64,000 bases of DNA from Bryobacterales bacterium (GTDB lineage Bacteria; Acidobacteriota; Terriglobia; Bryobacterales; UBA6623). The first letter of the stretch is position 1; every line of letters begins with the position of its first letter. Position numbers and translations under genes: made by a program. The notes beneath the pieces were generated by a model. It was not told the origin of the DNA. It worked only from the letters and a program-made list of their open reading frames with translations, and did no database searches. Positions 49,083 through 57,635 of this stretch are shown one piece after another. The stretch lies in NCBI GenBank assembly GCA_965242625.1, contig CBDEST010000005.1, forward strand, positions 1,773,632 through 1,837,631, in the 5' to 3' direction.

Positions 49083-49194
49083 CCGCGCTGGCAACACGCC
49101 AGCGCGGAGGCGCGCCACTGGGGTGCGATAATCACGGCAATCGTCGGCCAGCCGCCCGCGGCCGCTTGCGGAAGCGCGGCCCAGCGAGGACTCC
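49083..49194 (+). promoter_or_regulatory. conserved leader of the array genes (example upstream of copy 7): GC hairpin plus GATAAT box
   Basis: A 10-bp-stem hairpin, CCGCGCTGGC-AACAC-GCCAGCGCGG (~49083-49107), is followed by GATAAT at 49127-49132, 63 nt before the ATG. The same ~130 nt precede all 11 array genes, including the two whose upstream spacer was replaced by the ankyrin module. Confidence 0.35.
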
Positions 49195-51480
49195 ATGCCG
49201 AGCGCGGATCACGGGCGACGCGACGCCTTGCCAGTCGGCACGGTCCTGCGGGAATTCACGATCCAAGGGGTGATCGGGCACGGGGGCTTCGGGATCGTCT
49301 ACCGGGCTGGGCACAACGAACTGGACCTGACGGTCGCGATCAAGGAATACCTGCCGGTGGAACTGGCCGTGCGGGAAGGCGCGACCGTGCAGCCGCGGAG
49401 CGGGACGGAGCGCAAGGACTTCGAGGAGGGGCTGCGCCGGTTCCGGGACGAAGCGCAAGCGCTGATCGATTTCGACAGCCATCCGAGCGTCGTGTCGTGC
49501 CGGGAGTTCTTTCGGGCGCACGGGACGGCGTATCTGGTGATGGGGTACGAGGAGGGGCAGTCGCTGGCGGAAGTGCTGGCGAGCCGGGAGGCGGAGGGAC
49601 GGCCGTTCGCGGCGGCGGACTTGCTGGGGGTGATGGAGCCGGTACTGGAGGGGTTGGAGCGTGTCCATGCAGCGGGGGTGCTGCATCGGGATATCAAGCC
49701 GTCGAACATCCTGATCCGGCGGCGGGACGGGCGGCCGGTGCTGATCGACTTCGGGGCGGCGAAGCAGGCCACGGCGAGATTCAGCAAGTCGCAGGCGCCG
49801 TACACGGAGGGGTACGCGGCCTTGGAACAAGTGGCGGACGCGGGGAAGTTGGGACCGTGGACGGACATGTACGGGGTGGGAGCGGTGATGTGGCGGATGG
49901 TGGCGGGCGGGAAGCGGCCGTGGGGGCCGCCGCATCCGGTGCGCGTGGAACAGCGCTCGCATGCGGTGGTAGGCGGGACGGAAGACCCGATGCCGTCGGC
50001 GAGGGAGTTGGGGAAGGGTCGGTTTCCGTCGCAGATGCTGGAGGTCATTGACCGGTGCTTGCGGTTACGGGAGACGGAACGGATGCAAGGTACGCACGAG
50101 CTGCTGAGGGCCCTTCGTGGGGTGGGCGAGTTGCTTCCGGCAGGGTCCGCAGAGATCGTGCGGCCGCTGGAGGAGCGAACTGGAGTCAAGCGGCAGGATG
50201 CGGGATCGCATGCGACGCCAGTACGCGCAGAGCCGCGAACAGGGTGGCGCCGCGGTGGGTGGATCGCGCTGGCGAGCTTGGTGGTCGGGCTGGGGTTGGT
50301 GCTGGCGACATGGTGGGGTTCGGGATCGGAGGAAACCGTACGCGATCAAGCACCTGCTGGAGCCTTGGATGAACTTGGTGTCGAGAGTGGAGACCCGGAG
50401 CGAGTGGAGGAGGATTCGGTTCCGAGTCCCAACCAGCCCGCCAAGAACCGGTCGTCCCCGCCGGAAGCTGGCGGGACCGCTCAGGATCCAGATCCGATCT
50501 CGGTCGGATCTGGACGCACTGAAGAGGCTGCCCAAGCCGAGAGCGGGCGGGATGGCGAAGACAACCTTGAAGTGAGCCCGGAGCCGTCGCAAGACAGCTT
50601 CGTACAGCCTTGGATCCGGGATTGGGATGCCATGGGAGACATCCGAGATCCGGGATTCGCCGCGACAGCGCGGGCGTACATCGAACGGTACAAGGAGATC
50701 GATGAGGCGAGCGTGTGGGTTACGAAGGCGGAGGGGCTACTGGCCGAGTTGAGGGAGTTGGAATTGGTGACAGCAACGAAGCGCGAGGCAGGCGAGACGT
50801 GGACGAATTCGTTGGGGATGGAGTTCGTCTGGATTCCGGCGGGGAGCTTCCAGATGGGCTCCCCGGCGGAGGAAGTGGGTCGTTGGCCCGACGAGCAACA
50901 GCACGAGGTCCGGATCAGCGAGGGCTTTTGGATAGGGAAGAATGAGGTGACGCAAGGGGAGTGGGTAGCGGTGATGGGAACGAACCCGTCGGCGTTCTCA
51001 GATTGCGGCATGCGTTGCCCGGTCGAGAGTGTGTCGTGGGACGACACGCAGGAGTTCATACGGAGGTTGAAGTCGCGGGAATGGGGGAACGGGTACGTAT
51101 ACCGATTGCCGACCGAGGCGGAGTGGGAGTGCGCGGCTAGGGCGGGGACACCCGGGGCGCGCTACGGCGAGTTGGGCGCAATCGCGTGGTATTCGGCAAA
51201 CAGCGGCGATAGGACGCATCCGGTCGGGCAGAAGCGGCCTAACGCGTGGGGCTTGCACGACATGCTGGGAAACGTCTGGGAGTGGACGGGAGACTGGTAC
51301 GGCGCGTATCCGTTCGGTTCGGTGGCGGATCCAAGAGGTCCCGAGTCGGGCTCGGGCCGGGTGGATCGGGGCGGCGGCTGGAACAACGGCGCGGGGAGCG
51401 TTCGGTCGGCGCATCGCTACAGCTACTCGCCCGGCTTCCGCTACCTCGGCATCGGCTTCCGCTTGGTCAGGACAGAGTGA
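49195..51480 (+). CDS. Ser/Thr kinase - TM - linker - FGE-sulfatase protein, array copy 7
   Basis: 761 aa with all motifs. Variable block at 51355-51453. Confidence 0.9.
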   Translation: MPSADHGRRDALPVGTVLREFTIQGVIGHGGFGIVYRAGHNELDLTVAIKEYLPVELAVREGATVQPRSGTERKDFEEGLRRFRDEAQALIDFDSHPSVVSCREFFRAHGTAYLVMGYEEGQSLAEVLASREAEGRPFAAADLLGVMEPVLEGLERVHAAGVLHRDIKPSNILIRRRDGRPVLIDFGAAKQATARFSKSQAPYTEGYAALEQVADAGKLGPWTDMYGVGAVMWRMVAGGKRPWGPPHPVRVEQRSHAVVGGTEDPMPSARELGKGRFPSQMLEVIDRCLRLRETERMQGTHELLRALRGVGELLPAGSAEIVRPLEERTGVKRQDAGSHATPVRAEPRTGWRRGGWIALASLVVGLGLVLATWWGSGSEETVRDQAPAGALDELGVESGDPERVEEDSVPSPNQPAKNRSSPPEAGGTAQDPDPISVGSGRTEEAAQAESGRDGEDNLEVSPEPSQDSFVQPWIRDWDAMGDIRDPGFAATARAYIERYKEIDEASVWVTKAEGLLAELRELELVTATKREAGETWTNSLGMEFVWIPAGSFQMGSPAEEVGRWPDEQQHEVRISEGFWIGKNEVTQGEWVAVMGTNPSAFSDCGMRCPVESVSWDDTQEFIRRLKSREWGNGYVYRLPTEAEWECAARAGTPGARYGELGAIAWYSANSGDRTHPVGQKRPNAWGLHDMLGNVWEWTGDWYGAYPFGSVADPRGPESGSGRVDRGGGWNNGAGSVRSAHRYSYSPGFRYLGIGFRLVRTE

Positions 51481-51526
51481 CACTGGGCGCTATTACCCTT
51501 TCACCCTCGGACGCGCGAAGTGCAAA

Positions 51527-51994
51527 GGGGCGTGCGTCAGCCAGCGAAGGCCGGAGCGAAAGCGACTGAGCCGAGCGGCAGAACGCACGCCGGGGCTTGG
51601 GGTTGTCCTTTGAGCGCGGTCTGGGGCAGTCCGGCGGCGATCGGGGTCTCCGAGAGCGGAACCGCAAATCTTCTCCTCGGTACGCAGAGAGTTGTTGGAC
51701 CAAGCTGAAATGTCCGGTTCCGTCGGGGCCTGCGGCGTCGGCCCTTGCGTTGTGGCCGCACCCTCCATCGGGGGGCTCCCTTGCTGAGGAAAATCGGAAG
51801 CACAAGGTGCAGAGCGGGAAGCCCGTGGGCTTCCCGGGGGAGAGGCTGGGGCTGGACTACGGCTTCGCATACCGGAGTGTCTGGAAGGGTAGCTTCGCGT
51901 TACCGACGGTCGGATCTTGAACGAGAGCCGAATGCGGGAAATCCGCACGCTCGGTTCGACGAGCGGGGAGGGGAAACGTAATCAAGGTGGAGAC
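51527..51994 (+). repeat. group II intron relic R7
   Basis: Contains RT domain 0-4 remnants and the intron-protein C-terminal remnant NRKHKVQSGKPVGFPGERLGLDYGF. Domain V at 51925-51957 (GAGCCGAATGCGGGAAATCCGCACGCTCGGTTC). The domain VI-like segment runs to ...GGTGGAGAC. Confidence 0.65.
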
Positions 51995-52222
51995 TGAAGA
52001 ACCGGCACGGGGGCGATAGCTGTCGGCGCACTGCTACTCCCTGCATCCTCGACAAGCGCGCCTCTCTTTGGCTTCACCTCAGAAACCCGCTGATCCGCGG
52101 GATCCGTCTCTCGCGCTGGCAGTACGCCAGCGCGGAGGTGCGCCGCTGGGGTGCGATAATCACGGCAATCGTCGGCCAGCCGCCAGCGGCCGCTTGCGGA
52201 AGCGCGGCCCAGCGATGACTCC

Positions 52223-54160
52223 ATGCCGAGCGCGGATCACGGGCGGCGCGACGCCTTGCCAGTCGGCACCGTCCTGCGCGAATTCACGATCCAGGCGGTG
52301 CTCGGACACGGGGGCTTCGGGATTGTCTACCGGGCCGGGCACAACGAACTGGACCTGACGGTCGCGATCAAGGAATACCTGCCGGTGGAATTGGCCGTGC
52401 GGGAAGGCGCGACCGTGCAGCCGCGGAGCGGGACGGAGCGCAAGGACTTCGCGGAAGGGCTGCGCCGGTTCCGGGACGAAGCGCAAGCGCTGATCGATTT
52501 CGACAGCCATCCGAGCATCGTGTCGTGCCGGGAGTTCTTTCGGGCGCACGGGACGGCGTATCTGGTGATGGGGTACGAGGAGGGGCAGTCGCTGGCGGAA
52601 GTGCTGGCGAGCCGGGAAGCGGAGGGTCGCCCGTTCGCGGCGGCGGACTTGCTGGGGGTGATGCAACCCGTGCTGGAGGGGTTGGAGCGCGTCCACGCAG
52701 AGGGGGTGCTGCATCGGGATATCAAGCCGTCGAACATTTTGATCCGGCGACTGGACGGGCGGCCGGTGCTGATCGACTTCGGTGCGGCGAAGCAGGCCAC
52801 GGCGAGATTCAGCAAGTCGCAGGCGCCGTACACGGAAGGGTACGCGGCATTGGAGCAAGTGGCGGACGCGGGGAAGCTGGGGCCGTGGACGGACATGTAC
52901 GGGGTGGGAGCGGTGATGTGGCGGATGGTGGCGGGCGGGAAGCGGCCGTGGGAGCCGCCGCATCCGGTGCGCGTGGAACAGCGCTCGCATGCGGTGGTAG
53001 GGGGAACGGAAGATCCGATGCCGTCGGCGAGGGAGTTGGGCAAGGGAAGGTTTCCGTCGCAGATGCTGGAGGTCATTGACCGGTGCTTGCGGCTGCGTGA
53101 AGGGGAACGGATGCAAGGGTCGCGCGAGCTGCTGGAGGCTCTGCGCGAGGTGAGCGAGCCACTTCCGGCAGGGTCTTCAGAGGCTGCTCGGCCGCTGGCC
53201 GAGCGAACTGGTGCCAAGCGACAGGAACCGGGATCGCATGTGGTGCCAATGGGTGCAGAGCCGCGAATGGATGGGTGGATCTCGCAGCCGTGGATCCGGG
53301 ATTGGGATGCCGTGGGAGACATCCGGGATCCGGGATTCGCCGCGACAGCGCGGGCGTACGTCGAACAGTACAAGCAAGTGGCAGAGGCGAGGGTGTGGGT
53401 GGCGAAGGCTGAGGGGCTGCTGGCCGAGCTGAGGGAGTTAGAAGCGGCGAGGGCTACGCAGCGCGAGGCAGGCGAGGCGTGGACGAATTCGTTAGGCATG
53501 GAGTTCGTCTGGATTCCGGAGGGGACCTTTCTGATGGGCTCACCGATGCACGAAGTGGGTCGATTTCTTAACGAGCGACAGCACGAGGTCCGGATCAGCG
53601 AGGGCTTTTGGATAGGGAAGTATGAGGTGACGCAAGGGGAGTGGGTAGCGGTGATGGGAACAACCCCGTCGGCGTTCTCAGATTGCGGAATGCGTTGCCC
53701 GGTCGAGAGTGTTTCGTGGGACGACACGCAGGAGTTTATTTGGAAGTTGAACTCGCGGGAATCCGGGAACGGGTACGTAAACCGATTGCCGACCGAGGCG
53801 GAGTGGGAGTACGCGGCGCGGGCGGGGACACCCGGGGCACGCTACGGCGAGTTGGGCGCGATCGCGTGGTATTTGGCAAACAGCGGCAGCAGGACGCATC
53901 CGGTAGGGCAGAAGCGGCCTAACGCGTGGGGCTTGCACGACATGCTGGGAAACGTCTGGGAGTGGACGGGAGACTGGTACGGTGAGTATCCGTCTGGTCC
54001 GGTCGCAGACCCCAAAGGTCCCGAGTCGGGCGCGGCCCGGGTGGGTCGGGGCGGCAGCTGGGACCGCAACGCGAGGCTCGTTCGGTCGGCGGTTCGCGAC
54101 TACAACTCGCCCGGCGACCGCGGCAACTACTTCGGCTTCCGCCTGGTTAGGACAGAGTGA
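52223..54160 (+). CDS. Ser/Thr kinase - FGE-sulfatase protein, array copy 8 (no TM helix, no acidic linker)
   Basis: 645 aa. The kinase is joined via ...AEPRMDGWISQPWIRDWD... directly to the helical segment and the FGE domain. Variable block at 54035-54133. Confidence 0.9.
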   Translation: MPSADHGRRDALPVGTVLREFTIQAVLGHGGFGIVYRAGHNELDLTVAIKEYLPVELAVREGATVQPRSGTERKDFAEGLRRFRDEAQALIDFDSHPSIVSCREFFRAHGTAYLVMGYEEGQSLAEVLASREAEGRPFAAADLLGVMQPVLEGLERVHAEGVLHRDIKPSNILIRRLDGRPVLIDFGAAKQATARFSKSQAPYTEGYAALEQVADAGKLGPWTDMYGVGAVMWRMVAGGKRPWEPPHPVRVEQRSHAVVGGTEDPMPSARELGKGRFPSQMLEVIDRCLRLREGERMQGSRELLEALREVSEPLPAGSSEAARPLAERTGAKRQEPGSHVVPMGAEPRMDGWISQPWIRDWDAVGDIRDPGFAATARAYVEQYKQVAEARVWVAKAEGLLAELRELEAARATQREAGEAWTNSLGMEFVWIPEGTFLMGSPMHEVGRFLNERQHEVRISEGFWIGKYEVTQGEWVAVMGTTPSAFSDCGMRCPVESVSWDDTQEFIWKLNSRESGNGYVNRLPTEAEWEYAARAGTPGARYGELGAIAWYLANSGSRTHPVGQKRPNAWGLHDMLGNVWEWTGDWYGEYPSGPVADPKGPESGAARVGRGGSWDRNARLVRSAVRDYNSPGDRGNYFGFRLVRTE

Positions 54161-54206
54161 CACTGGGTGCTATTACCCGTTCACCCTCGGACGCGCGAAG
54201 CGCAAG

Positions 54207-54676
54207 GGGGCGTGCGTGAGCAAGCGAAGGCCGGAGCGAAAGCGACCGAGCCGAGCTGCGGAACGCACGCCTTGGCATGGACTGCCCGTTGATCGCGGAT
54301 CCGGGCAGTGCGGCGGCGGTCGGAGTCTCCGAGAATGCCAGATTGAATCTTCTCTTCCCTGCGGTAGGCGAAGGGCGGTTTGAGCAAAGCTGAAATGTCC
54401 GGTGCGGTCGTGGACTGCGGCTTCGGCTCTTCCGTTGCGGTCGAACCCTCCATCGGGGCTCCCTTCCTAGGGAAAAATCGGAAGCACAGGGTGCAGTCTG
54501 GGAAACCCGTGCGCTTTCCGGAGGAAAGGCTGTGCATGGACTACGGCTTGGTGCGCCAGAGTGTGGAAGCGCGGCTTTGCGTGAGTGAAGGCATGATCTT
54601 CAAGGAGAGCCGAATGCGGGAAATCCGCACGCTCGGTTCCGCGAGCGGGGAGCGGAAACGCAATCGAGGTGGAGAC
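54207..54676 (+). repeat. group II intron relic R8
   Basis: Standard unit. Domain V at 54607-54639. Confidence 0.65.
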
Positions 54677-54904
54677 TGAGGCACGGGCACGGGGGCGAGA
54701 GCTGTCGGAGAACCGCCACCCCCTCCATCCTTGACAAGCGCGCCTCTCTTTGGCTTCACCTCAGAAACCCGATGATCCGCGGGATCTGTCTCCCGCGCTG
54801 GCAGTACGCCAGCGCGAAGGCGCACCGCTGGGGTGCGATAATCACGGCAATTGTCGGCCAGCCGCCCGCGGCCGCTTGCGGAAGCGCGGCCCAGCGATGA
54901 CTCC

Positions 54905-56887
54905 ATGCCGAGCGCGGATTACGGGCGGCGCGACGCCTTGCCAGTCGGCACGGTCCTGCGGGAATTCACGATCCAAGCGGTGATCGGCCACGGGGGCTTC
55001 GGGATCGTCTACCGGGCCGGGCACAACGAACTGGAGCTGACGGTCGCGATCAAGGAATACCTGCCGGTGGAACTGGCCGTGCGCGAAGGCACGGCCGTGC
55101 AGCCGCGGAGCGGAACGGAGCGCAAGGACTTTGAGGAGGGGCTGCGCCGGTTCCGGGACGAAGCGCAAGCGCTGATCGATTTCGACAGCCATCCGAGCAT
55201 CGTGTCGTGCCGGGAGTTCTTTCGGGCGCACGGGACGGCGTATCTGGTGATGGGGTACGAGGAGGGGCAGTCGCTGGCGGAAGTGCTGGCGAGCCGGGAA
55301 GCGGAGGGTCGACCGTTCGCGGCGGCGGACTTGCTGGGGGTGATGCAGCCGGTGCTGGAGGGGTTGGAGCGCGTCCATGCAGCAGGCGTGCTGCATCGGG
55401 ATATTAAGCCGTCGAACATCCTGATCCGGCGGCGGGACGGGCGGCCGGTGCTGATTGACTTCGGAGCGGCGAAGCAGGCCACGGCCAGGTTCAGCAAGTC
55501 GCAGGCGCCGTACACGGAAGGGTACGCGGCATTGGAGCAAGTGGCGGACGCGGGGAAGCTGGGGCCGTGGACCGACATGTACGGAGTGGGAGCGGTGATG
55601 TGGCGGATGGTGGCGGGCGGGAAGCGGCCGTGGGAGCCGCCGCATCCGGTGCGCGTGGAACAGCGCTCGCATGCTGTGGTGGGCGGAACGGAAGACCCGA
55701 TGCCGTCGGCGAGGGAGCTGGGCGAGGGGAGGTTTCCGTCGCAGATGCTGGAGGTCATTGACCGATGCTTGCGATTGCGGGAAGGGGAGCGGATGCAAGG
55801 CTCGCGCGAGCTGCTGGACGCGCTTCGTGGGGTGGGCGAGCTGCCATTGGCAGGATCCACAGTAGACGCTCGGCCGTCGGCCGAGCGAACTGGTGCCAAT
55901 CGACGGGAAGCTGGGGCGCATGTGGTGCCAGTGGGTGCAGAGCCGCGAATGGATGGGTGGATCGCGCAGCCGTGGATCCGGGATTGGGACGCTCTGGGTG
56001 ACATCCGGGGTCCAGGGTTTGCCAATACGGCGCAGGCGTACATCGAACAGTACAAGCAGGTGCGTGAAGCGAGCGTGTGGGTAGCCAAGGCGGAAGGGCT
56101 ATTGGCCAAGCTGAAGGAGGTGGAAGTGGCGGGCCCTAAGCAGCGCGAGGCTGGCGAGTCGTGGATCAATTCGCTAGGCATGGAGTTCGTATGGATTCCG
56201 GCGGGGAACTTCCTGATGGGCTCACCGAAGAACGAAGAAGGTCGTGAACACCATGAGCGTCAGCACGAGGTTCGGATCAGCGAGGGCTTCTGGATAGGGA
56301 AGTACGAGGTAACGCAGGGCGAGTGGGAGGCGGTGATGGGAACGAACCCGTCTCATTTTTCCAATCGCGGCCTGCGGTGCCCGGTGGAGAGTGTGTCTTG
56401 GGACGACCTGCAGGCGTTCATACGGAGGTTGAACGAGCGCGAATCAGGGTGGGGAGTGTACCGCTTGCCGAAGTTCATACGGAGGTTGAACGGGAGTGGG
56501 CATGTTTACCGATTGCCAACGGAGGCGGAGTGGGAATACGCGGCACGGGCCGGGTCGTCCGGAATCCGCCACGGGGAGTTGGACGAAATCGCGTGGTACT
56601 CGGACAACAGCGACGATGCGACTCATCCAGTCGGCCACAAGCTGGCGAACGCGTGGGGCTTGCACGACATGCTGGGAAACATCTGGGAGTGGACGGGAGA
56701 TCGGTACGGTGAGTATCCGTTTGGTTCGGTAAGGGATCCCCGAGGTCCACGACTGGGCTCGTACCGGGTGGTTCGGGGCGGCAGCCGGGGCAGCCTCGCT
56801 AGGCACGTTCGGTCGGCGTTTCGCGACGGCAACTCGCCCGGCAACCGCAGCAGCTACATCGGCTTCCGCTTGGTCAGGACAGAGTGA
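54905..56887 (+). CDS. Ser/Thr kinase - FGE-sulfatase protein, array copy 9 (no TM helix; internal 57-bp duplication in the FGE domain)
   Basis: The homologous start MPSADYGRRD is at 54905; the track ORF opens at 54851. It has the same TM-less junction as copy 8. Tandem duplication FIRRLNERESGWGVYRLPK / FIRRLNGSGHVYRLP at 56417-56524. Variable block at 56762-56860. Confidence 0.85.
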   Translation: MPSADYGRRDALPVGTVLREFTIQAVIGHGGFGIVYRAGHNELELTVAIKEYLPVELAVREGTAVQPRSGTERKDFEEGLRRFRDEAQALIDFDSHPSIVSCREFFRAHGTAYLVMGYEEGQSLAEVLASREAEGRPFAAADLLGVMQPVLEGLERVHAAGVLHRDIKPSNILIRRRDGRPVLIDFGAAKQATARFSKSQAPYTEGYAALEQVADAGKLGPWTDMYGVGAVMWRMVAGGKRPWEPPHPVRVEQRSHAVVGGTEDPMPSARELGEGRFPSQMLEVIDRCLRLREGERMQGSRELLDALRGVGELPLAGSTVDARPSAERTGANRREAGAHVVPVGAEPRMDGWIAQPWIRDWDALGDIRGPGFANTAQAYIEQYKQVREASVWVAKAEGLLAKLKEVEVAGPKQREAGESWINSLGMEFVWIPAGNFLMGSPKNEEGREHHERQHEVRISEGFWIGKYEVTQGEWEAVMGTNPSHFSNRGLRCPVESVSWDDLQAFIRRLNERESGWGVYRLPKFIRRLNGSGHVYRLPTEAEWEYAARAGSSGIRHGELDEIAWYSDNSDDATHPVGHKLANAWGLHDMLGNIWEWTGDRYGEYPFGSVRDPRGPRLGSYRVVRGGSRGSLARHVRSAFRDGNSPGNRSSYIGFRLVRTE

Positions 56888-56934
56888 CGCTTTGCGCCAT
56901 CGCCATCTAACCCTCGGGTGAGCGAAGCGCGAGG

Positions 56935-57407
56935 ACGGGGAGCGTCGGCTAGCGAGGGCCGGAGGGAAAGCGACCGAGCCGAGCGGCAGAACGCAGGCCC
57001 GGGCTTGGAGTGTCGATTGATCTCGGATGCGGGCGATCCGGCGGTGGTCGGAGTCTCCGAGAACGGGACCTCGAATGTTGTCTTCCCTTCGGGACGCAAT
57101 GAGCGCTGGGATCAAAGCTGAAATGTCCGGTTCCGTCGGGGCCTGCGGCGTCGGCCCTTGCGTTGTGGCCGCACCCTCCATCGGGGGGCTCCCTTGCTGA
57201 GGAAAATCGGAAGCACAAGGTGCAGAGCGGGAAGCCCGTGGGCTTCCCGGAGGAGAGGCTATGGATGGACTACGGCTTCGCATACCTGAGTGTCTGGAAG
57301 GGTAGCTTCACGTTACCGACGGTCGGATCTGGAACGAGAGCCGAATATGGGAAATCCCCACGCTCGGTTCGACGAGCGGGGAGCGGAAACGTAATCAGGG
57401 TGGAGAC
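56935..57407 (+). repeat. group II intron relic R9
   Basis: Standard unit. Domain V at 57338-57370 (GAGCCGAATATGGGAAATCCCCACGCTCGGTTC), with upper-stem mismatches. Confidence 0.6.
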
Positions 57408-57635
57408 TGAGGTGCCGGCACAGGGGCGAGAGCTGGCGGAGAACCGTTACTCCCTCCATCGTCGACAAGAGCGCCTCTCTGTGGCACCACCTCAGAAACC
57501 CGATGATCCGCGGGATCCGTCTCCCGCGCTGGCATTACGCCAGCGCGGAGGTGCTCCGCTGGGGTGCGATAATCACGGCAATCGTCGGCCAGCCGCCAGC
57601 GGCCGCTTGCGGAAGCGCGGCCCAGCGATGACTCG

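Noticed and set aside
51527-51994. Interpreting each spacer as a complete ORF-less group II intron starting at the GTGCG found ~47 nt after the stop codon.
   Set aside because: About 470 nt is too short to hold domains I-IV. The region after GTGCG translates to remnants of the intron-protein N-terminus and RT domains, not ribozyme domain I. The GTGCG is part of a local hairpin (GCGTGCGT...ACGCACGC). I therefore call these 5'-truncated relics.
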